From: Catajapyx aquilonaris
Lineage: Eukaryota
NCBI GenBank assembly: GCA_000934665.2
Contig: JYFJ02001220.1
Coordinates: forward strand, 1-64,000
Direction: 5' to 3'
DNA length: 64,000 nt
The position numbers were made by a program, and so were the translations under genes. The stretch's first letter is position 1. The number at the start of each line of letters is the position of its first letter. Of this stretch, positions 50,344-61,909 are shown in pieces. Under the pieces are notes generated by a model, which worked only from the letters and a program-made list of their open reading frames with translations, was not told where the DNA came from and did not search any database.

Positions 50344-53300
50344 ATGGGCACATCTGGCACGCTTTGGCTGCTGGCAGGTAAACACACCAGATCGATTCAC
50401 ATATTTTTGTATTACTAGTATCAAGAATTGCTAGATTGCCTTCAAGGTCGAGATTGGGTACCAGGAAGTTGCGGGTGTTTCGGAATGTTTAGAGAGTGAG
50501 CTGATTGTCTCGTAATTACGTACCTGGAAGTGTGCATGATCTGAACGGGATTTGGGTACAATAAGTTACTGCATGTTACATCACAGCCGCGAATTTAGAG
50601 TAGGTTACACGTGTTAATGGATGGTGGGATGGCTCTCTCAGGCGTATATGCTCAGTGCAGGATATCATTCAAAATGAATTAATTACCCTGGGCAATACAG
50701 AAAAAAAGGCTTTGAGTTGATTCTAAAATAATTACTCGTATTTGAGTAGAGATTGACATTCGCTTAAATTTTGTAGTTGAAAGTCGCCATCCGCCGCATT
50801 AAGCTATAACAATATTTAAATAAATTTTCTTCTTTCGTGTAAATTATAACCAGTTGATTATACATTGTAGCATTGGGATAATCACAGCATCATAGTTCCG
50901 AATATCGAAGTCAGTATGTATAGCAACATGTGGTGATTTTATTGCATTCATTTCTTCTGGCCTATTAAACTTTTAGCGCTTGATCCTAGTATCGCCATAA
51001 GCACGTGTCCCAAATTTTGTGCAAATCTGAAATTGTAGGGATATTTTTTTTTTGCAAACTATCGTGGAATTACCCTTCAGGCAGTATTCAAACGCAAACT
51101 GGCCAATATTCTACACATGTTGTTTTTTTTCGAGTGAAGGGGGCGTAAAATCTATTTTTGGTTGAGATAATGGTACATTAATCATCTGAGCCTGTGAGGA
51201 AATGTGCAGTTATGCAATAACGAGACAAGAATAAAATGCACATCTGTGAAGAAACAGGTTCAAAACACGTGCATCGCCATCAGCTAAAAGCACGTGCCAA
51301 AGTGATCGATTACAAAAAATATTATTCATCCTTAACAAACAGAATTATTCTCAGTTGGAGGTACTTTTTCTATAGTTTATTGCGGTTTTCCTGTCGGTAC
51401 ATTGCTACAAGTACTACTGTAGTAACTAGGATTTTATCTTCTGCTCTCTGGATTATAATAGACCATTATATGTTATGCATAATAATATTATGCAATGATC
51501 AATTCGCTATTAAATATTTTTCAATCGGATTTTTGGTATGATTTGGATAAATATTTTTGCATAATTATTGCTAACGTAGACTATAATATACCACTCTTTT
51601 CAATTAGTGCTAAAAATTCACTGGCCAAATGTAAATTTTTCATTAGCACACCCAAAGTGCTCACCTAAATTTTGACATACTTATATAGGTGTAATACACA
51701 GTATTTATGGTAAAACAACTGTGAGATATTAAATCCGGAGAAATATTTCAAATCTACGAAATATTACTATTCAATGAGTTATGAACAATTAACTGATGGA
51801 ATTTTCCAATATGCAGCAATAGGTAATGAAGACATTAAACATCCTGTATAATTACACGCCGCTGTTAAATAACTAACTGCAGTAATGACATGCAAAGGCT
51901 CTTTTAAAAAACCCACCCACCAGCTGCAAAGTATGTGCTGATGACAATACCCCATAATTATTATCAAAGTATGTACGCGCCCATATTTGCATGCGAATTG
52001 CAATATTTAAAGCGAGCCAATCCCATATAGTCTTCTGACAAGTTAAATTACTGTAGAAAAATATGTGCATAATAATTATGATTAATTGTTGTGCAGCAGC
52101 ATTGTTGTGCACGGTGGGGCCATCTGTGGCCCAGTGTGACCAGGATGCTGTTGACAGGCTGGAGACCCAGCTGACCCAGCTGACCCAGGACGGCAACCCT
52201 GCCGCCAACGCTCTCTTCATCGACGCAGCAGAAGGACCTTGCCGGTACCAGTTTTCTCTTAAGTTTTACACACACAAAAAATGGACAAAAGGACACTAAA
52301 AACCCTGCCCATTACTGACCTTATCGTGTGACCTCGTCGCCCGGCAGGTATGTGGAGAGCGTGTTGAACAGCACCGATCGGTTCGTGAAGGAGTGTGGTC
52401 AGGCCCCTGAGGTGGTTCCTCTCAGCCAAAAGGCCCAGGTGCTTAGGCAACTATGGCTAAGCGTCTGCGTCGAAGGAGACGGACGAGCCGGTATGTCTGC
52501 GCATAGTTCTGCGCATAAAGTTCACGCGCATAGTTCTGCGCATAAAGTTCACGCGCATTGATTCTGCGCATGAGTGTGCATGGCGCATCAATTCTGCGCA
52601 TGAGTGTGCATGGCGCATCAATTCTGCGCATGAGTGTGCATGGCGCATCAATTCTGCGCATGAGTGTGCATGGCGCATCAATTCTGCGCATTACCACTGC
52701 GCATATGTTCTGCGCATGGTCACAAACTATGCACATGCGCCGTTTTTTGACAACGTGAAATCTCAACTCTAATTGATGTCATTTTTTCTCTCTTCAGCTT
52801 TGCTGGAGCATGGAGTCTGCTTCGAGGAGAATCGAGATGCGATTTGGAAGTGCATTTCCCAGTTCAATCGCAAAATGGATCGGCTGATTGGCTCTGAGCT
52901 TCCTCGACAGGAGCAGACGCAAGGACTTTGTTGGCAAGTTTGACACTCTTTGTTAAGTCCTCTTCTTTACATTTTCTCCCGTTTGGTCACACCAAAGCCT
53001 ACTCATAGCTAGAGAGAATCGTAGGCTCGTAGCTAGAGAGAGCTGGAACGGGCCTAACAGTTTCTTTAATGAATGGGTAGGACTCGAGACATGTTTATGT
53101 GTGTCTTGTTTGGGGGGGATTTTCACGCCTCTTTTTTGCGCGTTGAGAGTTTGGAATTTGCATTTTCAAAACCGTGCCTTCCCGTGACGGGCATCCGTGA
53201 AAATGGATCCTCACGCGACGCATACGATTCATATAGTCCTTGAAACAACCGTCTTCAGGCATACTTCCAAATAAATATTCAGATTCAGGAACGTGCCTGT

Positions 53301-54561
53301 CCATTTATATTTTTGCACACATTTTTCTTGAATATTTTTAAAAGAAATGTGGATCCACTTAGTAAAACCATTACCTGCACGAGGGATTCCGAGATATGAG
53401 TTACGACATAGCCTTGAAAAATACAGGCGTGAGAAAAATCTCACTATTCGCAAGAATTATGGGAAAAAGAGTGTGCTTTATTTTTTTAAAAAAATTTCTT
53501 TGGCGCAGTGGCTACAGGGTGTACCGGATGTGCTTGAACTATGAGACCAGCAGCGCCTGCGGAAAAGATGCTGCGGATTTTCTGGACGAACTGGTAGAGA
53601 GGACGTCGGGAGACATTTTCCGCGTAAGTAGGTCTAGAAAAATATTTATTTTAAAAGGTATGGGGATTATGTGACGTGTAAGAAAATATATATCTCTCAG
53701 AGAATAAGTTGGCGTGACCGTGAGAATTTAAATGAAAAATACCACACACTTCCTTTGGTAATTTATCAAGGGTTGAGTCACAGAATTCCTGGAAAGTTAT
53801 GTGACTATGAGGCTATGCATAGATATTAATGGGTGGGGCTATGAATGTAAAGAATTATTAAATTATCTTCTGCATATGATTAGCTATTGGCTATTGGCTG
53901 AATGAAGAGAGTCATGCAGCATGTTGTACAACCAGGCCCAATCCGGCCCTTGTTTTATGCAATATTTCTGTGGCGGAAAATAGATAACATCGCGCGTGAC
54001 TAGAGCACGTGACAAAAAGATTTTAATGACCACTCTAATGCATTAAAGATAAAAGGGTGATTGAAGATTGTATCAAACCCAAGTGTCTTATCACATTTCG
54101 CTCGTGTCATAGAAAATATTCGTATATTGACAGGCGGAAAGTTAGGGTCTGCTCAAAAATGGACAAACTTCCACTTGGGCATTTTATTTTAACGTAAATA
54201 TTTGTTGCGGATTTGTTGCTGTCGCGTACATTAAACTCACTCTAACGTCAATTTTATCAATATTTTTATGCCAGTTCAAGATGCACTGGGTTCGACATTT
54301 CTCATCACTGAACAGAAGTCATCGTGACAGCAACTTGCATGGCGTGTTCCTGTACTTGTTTTTAAAATACCGTACAGTTAGAGTGATTGGAAAGTAGCTG
54401 GTTTTTAATTGGTATGTTTCCACCAGGTTTTCTGCAACGATCACGACGGAGTATGTCCTGGAGAAGAAGCTACAGCATTTGAAAACTCCAGCACACGTCC
54501 AGAGCATTCCATACTTGTTGCATTCCTAATATTCCTCACGACACGTTTGTTCTGCTCGTGA
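50344..54561 (+). CDS. Array gene S: two-domain CC-type protein, putative GPI-anchored, about 236 aa (GC-AG intron 4)
   Basis: Exons 50344-50377, 52097(or 52100; NAGNAG)-52244, 52348-52490, 52798-52933, 53509-53623, 54427-54561. MGTSGTLWLLAAALLCTVGPSVAQCDQD...GPCRYVES...KECG...SVC...GVCFEENRDAIWKC...GLCCGYRVYRMCLNYETSSACGKDAADF...VFCNDHDGVC...NSSTRPEHSILVAFLIFLTTRLFCS*. Exon 1 is the least certain assignment. Confidence 0.8.
52499..52691. repeat. Intronic minisatellite: 2 x 27 bp followed by 4 x 30 bp GCGCAT-rich units
   Basis: gcgcatagttctgcgcataaagttcac x2 (52499-52552) and attctgcgcatgagtgtgcatggcgcatca x4 (52561-52680), plus a partial unit. Confidence 0.95.
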
Positions 54562-54879
54562 TAAATCAAGTCATCATGATGTACAGCTCTCTCTCTCACA
54601 CACAACACAAAAAAAAAGATTTTAAATAAATTTGTTTCTTATACGTACACATATTTCTTCCGTTCCATCAATATTAATATGTCCACTCGAACCCGACTGG
54701 ACAAAAAAAGGTTCCATCACGTGTAGAACCGGTCCGGTGATGGTGGGTATAAGGCAGTGGATCAGTGGGCCAGCAGGCAACTGGCCCAGTGGATTTTTAG
54801 ACCTCACTGGGATATATGCAGGGTAACCTGGAGAGAGCAGGGTAGTTTTCCTCGTCGCACCCACTCCCGAGCAGCAGCC

Positions 54880-55998
54880 ATGGACCGTTTGTTGCTGGTA
54901 TTGTTGCTGCTGATGGCGCCAGGCATCGGATCTCTTCCGGTAAAGGACCCTCAATCGGTGATGCTCAACATGGCCCAGGGATGCAAGAGCCTGGAGGAAG
55001 TGATCGCAGAGCAGCCCGGATCGTCCCTGGTGCACCAGAGCAAAGGGGTCAAAGCTGCCCTGGCCCTTCTGTGGGGGAACCTGTGCAACAGCTCATCCGA
55101 CGCCATGGAGCTCCTGAAGGTGCCCACGTGCCTGCAGGTCAACGAGAAGAAGATAGCCGAATGCTTCAAGGCCACCACTGGACACGCTGTGAAGGAAGCC
55201 AGGGCTCTCAAGCAGACCCAGGAATGGAGCAAAGTCGTCTGTGGGTCAGTATATAATTTTCCGACTCTATTTTTGGGACAGGGTGTGGCTGTATGTGGAC
55301 TGTGTCCCTCTTCCAAAATTGGCTCGTGTTTTTGTTTGTGCAGGGTTACCAAGCAGCTGAGGAGCTGCACTCGAGCCTTTTGTGGTCAGCCCTCCGATTT
55401 CCTGGTCGACTTGGTCAAGCTTACTTCCACACTGGCACTGCAGGTACTAATTCCTCAGGATATTTCACGTGTAGTTAAGAATTACTCGCTCTAGCAACCA
55501 AGTTTGTAGATCAGAAACCATCAGACTTCACTTTTCAATAAGATATTCACAACTTGATTGTACTTGGATTTGGACAGTGCAGTATTCTGTGTGTATTCAT
55601 GTCATCGTGAGCAAACAAAACGTAATGATAAAAGCGTGTGCATACGTTTATTGCGTTTTGTTTGCTCGCTTCTCACTCGCAACGGGGTTAATGACCACAG
55701 CATGATTTAATATTTGCACAGTTCTTGAATCCTGTGTAAGACCTGGGCTGAATCGTAGAAGTCATACTTACCCGCAGGTTTCTAATAATAATATTGTTGA
55801 GGACAGCAGCTGTCAGCCAGCAAGGAGAAACCTGCGGTTGAGGTCATACCTTCAACGGTCGGCCTAATCTACTAAAGGGTCGTTGGGACCTCCACTAATT
55901 ATTATTATTGTTGGGCAAATACTGACAGTGTTGTTGGCCATTTTCAGGGCTCCGGAATGGCAGCAAAATACGGCAGCGAATGTTTGGACCACGCGTGA
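54880..55998 (+). CDS. Array gene T: intron-poor, N-terminally shortened two-domain-type member without anchor (secreted), 171 aa
   Basis: Exons 54880-55244, 55344-55443, 55948-55998. MDRLLLVLLLLMAPGIGSLP...QGC...GNLC...PTCLQVNEKKIAEC...VVCGVTKQLRSCTRAFCGQPSDFLVDLVK...-GSGMAAKYGSECLDHA*. AATAAA follows near 56044. The last exon is the least certain. Confidence 0.75.
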
Positions 55999-56401
55999 AC
56001 CCAACGGCGTAATTTATTGTATTCTAATCGGTTCAAAAATAATAATAAAAGTACTAATCGAAATCCGACGCGCATTTATTCGAACTGCGCGTGGGAGACT
56101 CGAACAGAAGAATGGGCGACGTTTGATGGACAAGAAAACAACATTGTTTTTTTTTTTGTTCAAGGAGACGTCGAAGGGGAAAAGGATGAGTCCTTTGTGA
56201 CCTTGACACTGCGCACTTTCTTCCTGCTCACTTGTCCCACTTAAACCGAACCAAGGACACGGACAAAATGGATGGGTTTTTATGTAACACTTTCTTTAAT
56301 GGTACCAATACGCGATGCATACAAATAAAAAAACAAATAATAGGGGGGGCAGTGGGCTCGTCAGGTGGGTGATGGGACTTCTTGTTCTGATGGGAGATCA
56401 C

Positions 56402-58777
56402 TCAAGCTCCATTGTTGATTTGTGATGGTAAGGTGTCCACATCCCGGCAGTCGGTCTCCACGTGGCGGCAAATCGGCTGCAAAAAAAGGGGGTCATTTAC
56501 ACTTACTTTCAGTAAAGAGTGTGAGGGGGTTCACTTTTTACCACGAGCCCCCAATAGCGTGCTTCCGTCAACAATGCGAGGGTGAAAATTGTTTTGAGAC
56601 GTGGCAGAAATTAGAGTTGGTTTTTTTTTAAAACAAAAAAAAGTTAACGCTCCGAGGAATAGCCTTTCCCAAGAGTGTGATTTATTTTTTTGGGGAGGGC
56701 TGTTTTAAATGCGGACACGCAACATTCTAACGGGTTTTGTTCCAAGGCTTTGCATACTACTAGTCCAGCGTCGGATGAAAACCATGACCTTGTTCGGATC
56801 TGGTCGTCAAGAATCTGAAGGTGAATTGCAACCCTCCCTCCCTCCCTACCCTACTCCACACCCCTGAGGGTGAAATCTCAGCACTTTCATTTAAAAATTC
56901 CGATTTAAAGTTCTGTCGCACGAAACAACCAGTTCGGCTTGTTATTAGGTCGTTTTATCCGAAGAAAAAATCAGGTGCTTTTAGAGGATATAAAAGTTCA
57001 TAAAATATGCATAATTTTGTAATGAGAAATACTATAAAAATATTTTTGAGCAATTTTCTATTACATTTTCAAAACTGGCTCGATCACTTCCTGAATGCCT
57101 TTTTTGCTCCCGTTCATTAGTGTATAGAATATTATTCATGCGCTATTGATTCAATCACACGAGGGAAAAATATTACTTCACTTAGTTGAAATATTTTTAA
57201 AATCCAAAGACCGTTAAGTGCTACAATTGTATACAGAATTGGAAACCACTCAAAAATAATTTAACTGTCTGACCTGTGGTACTTAATTTTTCATATAATT
57301 TAATAAAGTTTGCAAAAGTGAATGAATTAATAAAATATATCGTCTACAAATCCACCAAGAAATTGTTTTAACGTTCAAAGTAACTTATAAGTTGCCGAAA
57401 TAATATTGGTGACTGATGTTGGAGCAACGGAATTTTTGTGTATTAAAACTACTGCTTTCCGATTGCATGGATGATTGGGAAATATTATTATCAGCTGACC
57501 AACTTACGTCATAGATAACGCTTCCTATTTTGGCTGCCAGAAGTGTCACCCTGGTCCTTCCCTGCGCGTCACAGCTCAACGATCCGGAATCACGAATGCA
57601 AAGCAGGTACTTTTCAATAGAGCTGTAAAAAAACGGGGTCGCATTATTAATTTTTTGTATCACCGTGCATAAAAATACAGATCCCGAAATGAGAAGCCAT
57701 ATCGTCCTCGAAGGGACAAGTAGGCCTGTCCTCTCTCCATTCGTTCCAATAAACTAGTTTGCTGGTTTATTATGTCTCATGGTCTACCGGGATCGTACAA
57801 AAAAAATTGATATGAACTTACCAGCAGAGTCTGTTGAAGTAAACGTTGTTTTGAGCAAGCGATGATGCTGAGATGAGTCTCGAGTGAGCTGCCACCGAAT
57901 CCCGGAAATTGTTCACACAGCCCTGGACAGCCTGAGCATTTCTGATCAAACACGGGTCTATCCCAAGCCCTTGAACTAGAAAAACCAGTGTCACCACCAC
58001 ATTTTTTAAAAAAATTTCCTCATTAAAAATTGACTCACGCTCCAGCATCAGGTCTGACTGTTCACACTCGGCCTTGAGCAGCTCCTGCAGCCCTTGCAAG
58101 ATGCGCTGGTCAGCCTGGGCCTTGCTGCAGCTCAGCAGGACTTGAGATCGGTCCAGCAGACTCTGCATCCTCCTGCATAGAGCTGGAAGCCTGCCCTGGG
58201 ACACCAAGGGCTCCAACTGCAGGCTTGTCAGACCCAATCCTTCCCATTCCAGTTTCCAGGACTCCAAGGCAGTCATGTTGCATTCAGGGCTGGGAACACT
58301 GGGCAAGGTCAAAGGTCACGTTAGGACACATCAACAGGTAGGATACACTTTTAACCTCCTGAGACCCCTGGTACAGTATACTGTACCTTTCTTTTTTCCA
58401 GCACCTTCTGACTAACTCAAACGCTTAAAAAACAAAGGTACAGTATACTGTACCAGGGGTCTCAGGAGGTTAATAGTAGATAGTGTACACTCTAATCAAT
58501 AAAAATATTATATTCCGTTGTTTATTCAGCTAATTTTGGGCTGACTGCTAGCACGAGCAGGTACATGAACCGCGCAATTAGTTTCTCAATCCGGAACAAA
58601 CCATGTTAGTCCTGCTACCATACACACCCGCCTAATTATCCACGCATTCTGCTGATACCGCCTGAGGCTAACATTTTTTGATCTGCGAAGTAATGGGGCT
58701 CACCTTGGGATATTGGCTGCTGTTCCGCATTGGAACAGGAGAACCACGAAGGACAGGGCCTGCAGGACTCGGTACAT
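56402..58777 (-). CDS. Array gene U: two-domain CC-type member, ends without hydrophobic tail, 225 aa
   Basis: Exons 58777-58704, 58298-58039, 57975-57822, 57622-57508, 56476-56402. MYRVLQALSFVVLLFQCGTAANIPSVPSPECNMT...ALCRRMQ...LSC...AEC...DPCLIRNAQAVQGC...RLCCSIEKYLLCIRDSGSLSCDAQ...PICRHVETDCRDVDTLPSQINNGA*. Confidence 0.8.
58351..58473. mobile_element. TTAA-flanked MITE (piggyBac-like), 115 bp with perfect 36-bp TIRs, in intron 1 of gene U
   Basis: TTAA|cctcctgagacccctggtacagtatactgtaccttt ... aaaggtacagtatactgtaccaggggtctcaggagg|TTAA. A TTAA target duplication and CC termini are piggyBac hallmarks. Confidence 0.8.
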
Positions 58778-60380
58778 TGCTTCTCGTTCCTTCTTCGACT
58801 GGGGTGATGACCACCTTCTGGGTTTGTGACCGACTGACTGAAGAGATGCCTGATGCACTGAGAGGACAGCCCCTTTCTCTTCTGCTCCTCCTTCCCTACT
58901 GCTTCTTCTCGCTTTCTACACCACCGCAGAAGTGATTATTATCTCTTTTTTTCCTGCAGTCCGCTAATTACGCTTCTCCTCCCCACCTTGACCTCGGATT
59001 CTGCGATTATTCGATATCCTACCGGGGTTTTTTTTTGCCGGTATGTGCCTGCCGGCATTGCTATCGTGCTCTGGTAAAAAAGGAGGGCTACAATAAACAT
59101 GGGAATTACCAGATCTGAACGTCATAGGCAACCGAGTCGTAATAACCGCAAAATCCTTCCTTATATTTTCCGTGAATATCCTGCACACACTACGTACACT
59201 GTACGATTGTTGCTTGATAAGAAAGGGAAAAGAGGGGAAGGAACAGGAAATTGCAGGAGGGGGTAATAAAGAAATTATTACAAGCTCGTGTTCTGTTTTT
59301 AGTCATCATTTGTCTGGACAATTGTTTGAGGTCGTGTACAATATTATTTTCATGCAGGAGAATTTTTAAAAAATTGAAGGTTTCAATACTGTAATTACAT
59401 GTGCTATAAGGAAATGTGCTGGGAATAAACTCTGTCTATATGCCATCAGGAGGAACGTCAAATGTGTTAATTTGATACGATTTACAATTAGCACTAACGG
59501 CCGTAAATTATTTTTTTAAAGACAACATACGCCATTACAATTTTTGACGGGTATAAGTACATTTGGATAAAAACGAAATTGTTGCGAAATGGTGGTGCTT
59601 CTAAATTTATGAATTCATGAACTGTCGTATTAAAAAGAAGCACTTTGTTGTAAGCAACATGCACGGTTGCTGAAGTAAACAATCTGCAATTTGTTCACCT
59701 ATATGCCATTACTTTGTAATTGAGACTTGGGTAGTTGTAAGACAGCGAAATACATGGTATTTGCCCTAAAGCTTGATTAAAATGATCACTATAATCTCAA
59801 ATCAGGTCTTGTGCCACAAAATTACAGGTCGTGAATTTCACGTGATTGCACGTTCCCATATAAGAAAATAAAGGTCATTTTAAAGCCCTGGTTACGTGAC
59901 ATTTATTGGTCTTAATTCGAGCAACCTTTGGGAAAAATCGGCGGTAGTGAAACGTACAATTTGAAATTCGCAAGTGCTTAAACGTGACAAGTGGGTGCAA
60001 TAAGTAGCATGTACTGCGAGACGCCTGTTACACCAAGGACGGCGCATGTACGACTGTTAAAACGCTTGGTTGGCGTCCAATTGATTCGACGAGTCCGTTC
60101 AGCGTCCGTAACAATCAAGAAAAATGATCAAAGGAAAAAAAATGTCGAAAGGTCACGGCTGGTGGCAGTCACAATAATTACTATTGAACGGACGCGATGA
60201 TGACTTCACAGTCGTTGTGCTTTATGCGGTGTCAGCAAACAAAGACGGAAGCGGTTTTTTAATCCCACTTCCGTCACGGTTTTCTGTCGTGAACTTTGCC
60301 TTTCTCCGTCCGTCTCTTTCTCTCTCTAGACACAACATTTTTCTTCCATCCCCCTTTTTTTGTCCTCCAGCCGCATTCAC

Positions 60381-61909
60381 ATGGCCTGCTCATTGTTGCT
60401 CCTGGCCATTGTTGAGGCTCTGCTGGTGGTGTTTGTGTCCGGGCAAGGACCTGATGTGGACTACTGCGAGGACGACTCCTTGGCTCAGGAGTTGGACGAT
60501 CTGCTTCTGGGACAAACCCTGGAGGCTATGGAGGCTGCTGGAGAGGGCCGCCCCGGGGCCGCCCTGCTACCGGACGAAGCCCGTGTCGCCAATCTGTGCA
60601 AGTATGTTTATATGCAAAGAGAATATTGTCTGGATGTGTATAGCTTCAGCTTTTTAAAAATAAACTTATCGAATATCACTAGCAAAAACTTCCACCAACA
60701 AATAAAGAGCAGTAATGCAGAACGATCAGTGAAACAATCCAATGATTTCAAGATGTAAAAATTACGAAGCTAAAAATTACCTTAGCACCATCAATCACTG
60801 CAATATTCATCATTTGGCGACAAAGCCTCGTGACATAAACCTTTTTTGTCCACCTGTCAGAGACATGACGGACGTGACAGACCGAGCCAAGAATCAGAGT
60901 GCGACATGCTTGGACGAGTATGGCCTTCCGGTACACAACACGTCTCAAGCTCAAGATGTGGCCGAAATTATCCAGATTCTTACGGATAACAAGTCGCATA
61001 AGAAGATTTGCCTCGACGGAGACTACAGATTCGGTCAGTGACCCGATTAGGGTAATGAGCAAGTGTCGCATTGTTGGGTTTTTGGAGAAGGTCGTTTTTT
61101 GGAATTAGATGTGAGATTATGCCAGTCCCAGGAGAAAGGCGGGGGCGGAAAATCAGGTCGGTTCAACATGTAGGGGTTGAGGCCTCCTGAGTGTATAGTA
61201 AGGCACACCAGAATGCACTTTTTTCCGCCCTGATAGCTTTTGGGCTGAGAGTTTGAAAGTTGAGTTCATCATGCAGTGGGCTGTGGAGAAAAAAAAAAAA
61301 AGAATCGTGATCGGGTCTTTCTTTTACTTTTGACCTACTTGAAACAATTAAGGCTATTATTATTCTGGTTATGTATCCAGATCTGTCCCACGCAAGTGTG
61401 TGCATCAAGACGGTTCCGGATGCTGGGAAATGCTGGACCATCTATGCTGATCGTAAGAACATGATGGACGATTACGCACAGGACCATCCGAGGCACAACA
61501 TGTTGCATGCTACTTGCTGGTCAGACCACTCGATTTGTGATGTTCTAACGTTGAAGTAAATGTAATGTTCATTTACAGTGCTTATGTGTACTTGTACGAG
61601 TGTGTGTACGAGTCCATGAAGGACGTCTGTACCGAGAGAGAAGCCGAAGCCGGCAAACAATTTGTGATGCTGACCGAAGGAGGGGCTCTGGTATATTACT
61701 CTTTACCTTATTAATATTCATACCGCATTACCTAATGATCTCTATTATAATAAGTTTGTAACTATTTCCAGTGGCAATGCGATGGTCTGGAGCACCACTG
61801 CCCTAAGTATGGATCAGACTGGAGCATGTCTGGAAGCGGCGGAATGATGAGCCAGCTGCTTCCGTGGACCTTCTTCTTCTGGACTCTGCTTGTTATGTTG
61901 GGGCAATAA
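60381..61909 (+). CDS. Array gene V: two-domain CC-type protein, putative GPI-anchored, 260 aa
   Basis: Exons 60381-60601, 60861-61033, 61381-61519, 61579-61690, 61772-61909. MACSLLLLAIVEALLVVFVSGQGPDVDYCEDD...ANLCKDMTD...ATC...KIC...SVCIKTVPDAGKC...ATCCAYVYLYECVYESMKDVCTE...WQCDGLEHHC...SGSGGMMSQLLPWTFFFWTLLVMLGQ*. Confidence 0.9.

Noticed and set aside
52443..52766. Repeat-protein ORFs (MRRIDAPCTL)n and a possible CRISPR-like array
   Set aside because: Identical head-to-tail units with no unique spacers, inside a spliceosomal intron. It is a minisatellite.
54757..55494. 245-aa single-exon gene
   Set aside because: It starts at a non-ATG codon upstream of the signal-peptide Met (54880) and reads through a 99-nt intron and into the next intron. 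The spliced model T fits the family better.
56281..56401. Stop-codon read-through restoring a GPI tail on gene U
   Set aside because: The in-frame sequence after TGA (VISHQNKKSHHPPDEPTAPPIICFFICMHRVLVPLKK...) has only a short hydrophobic patch and does not terminate like a GPI signal.
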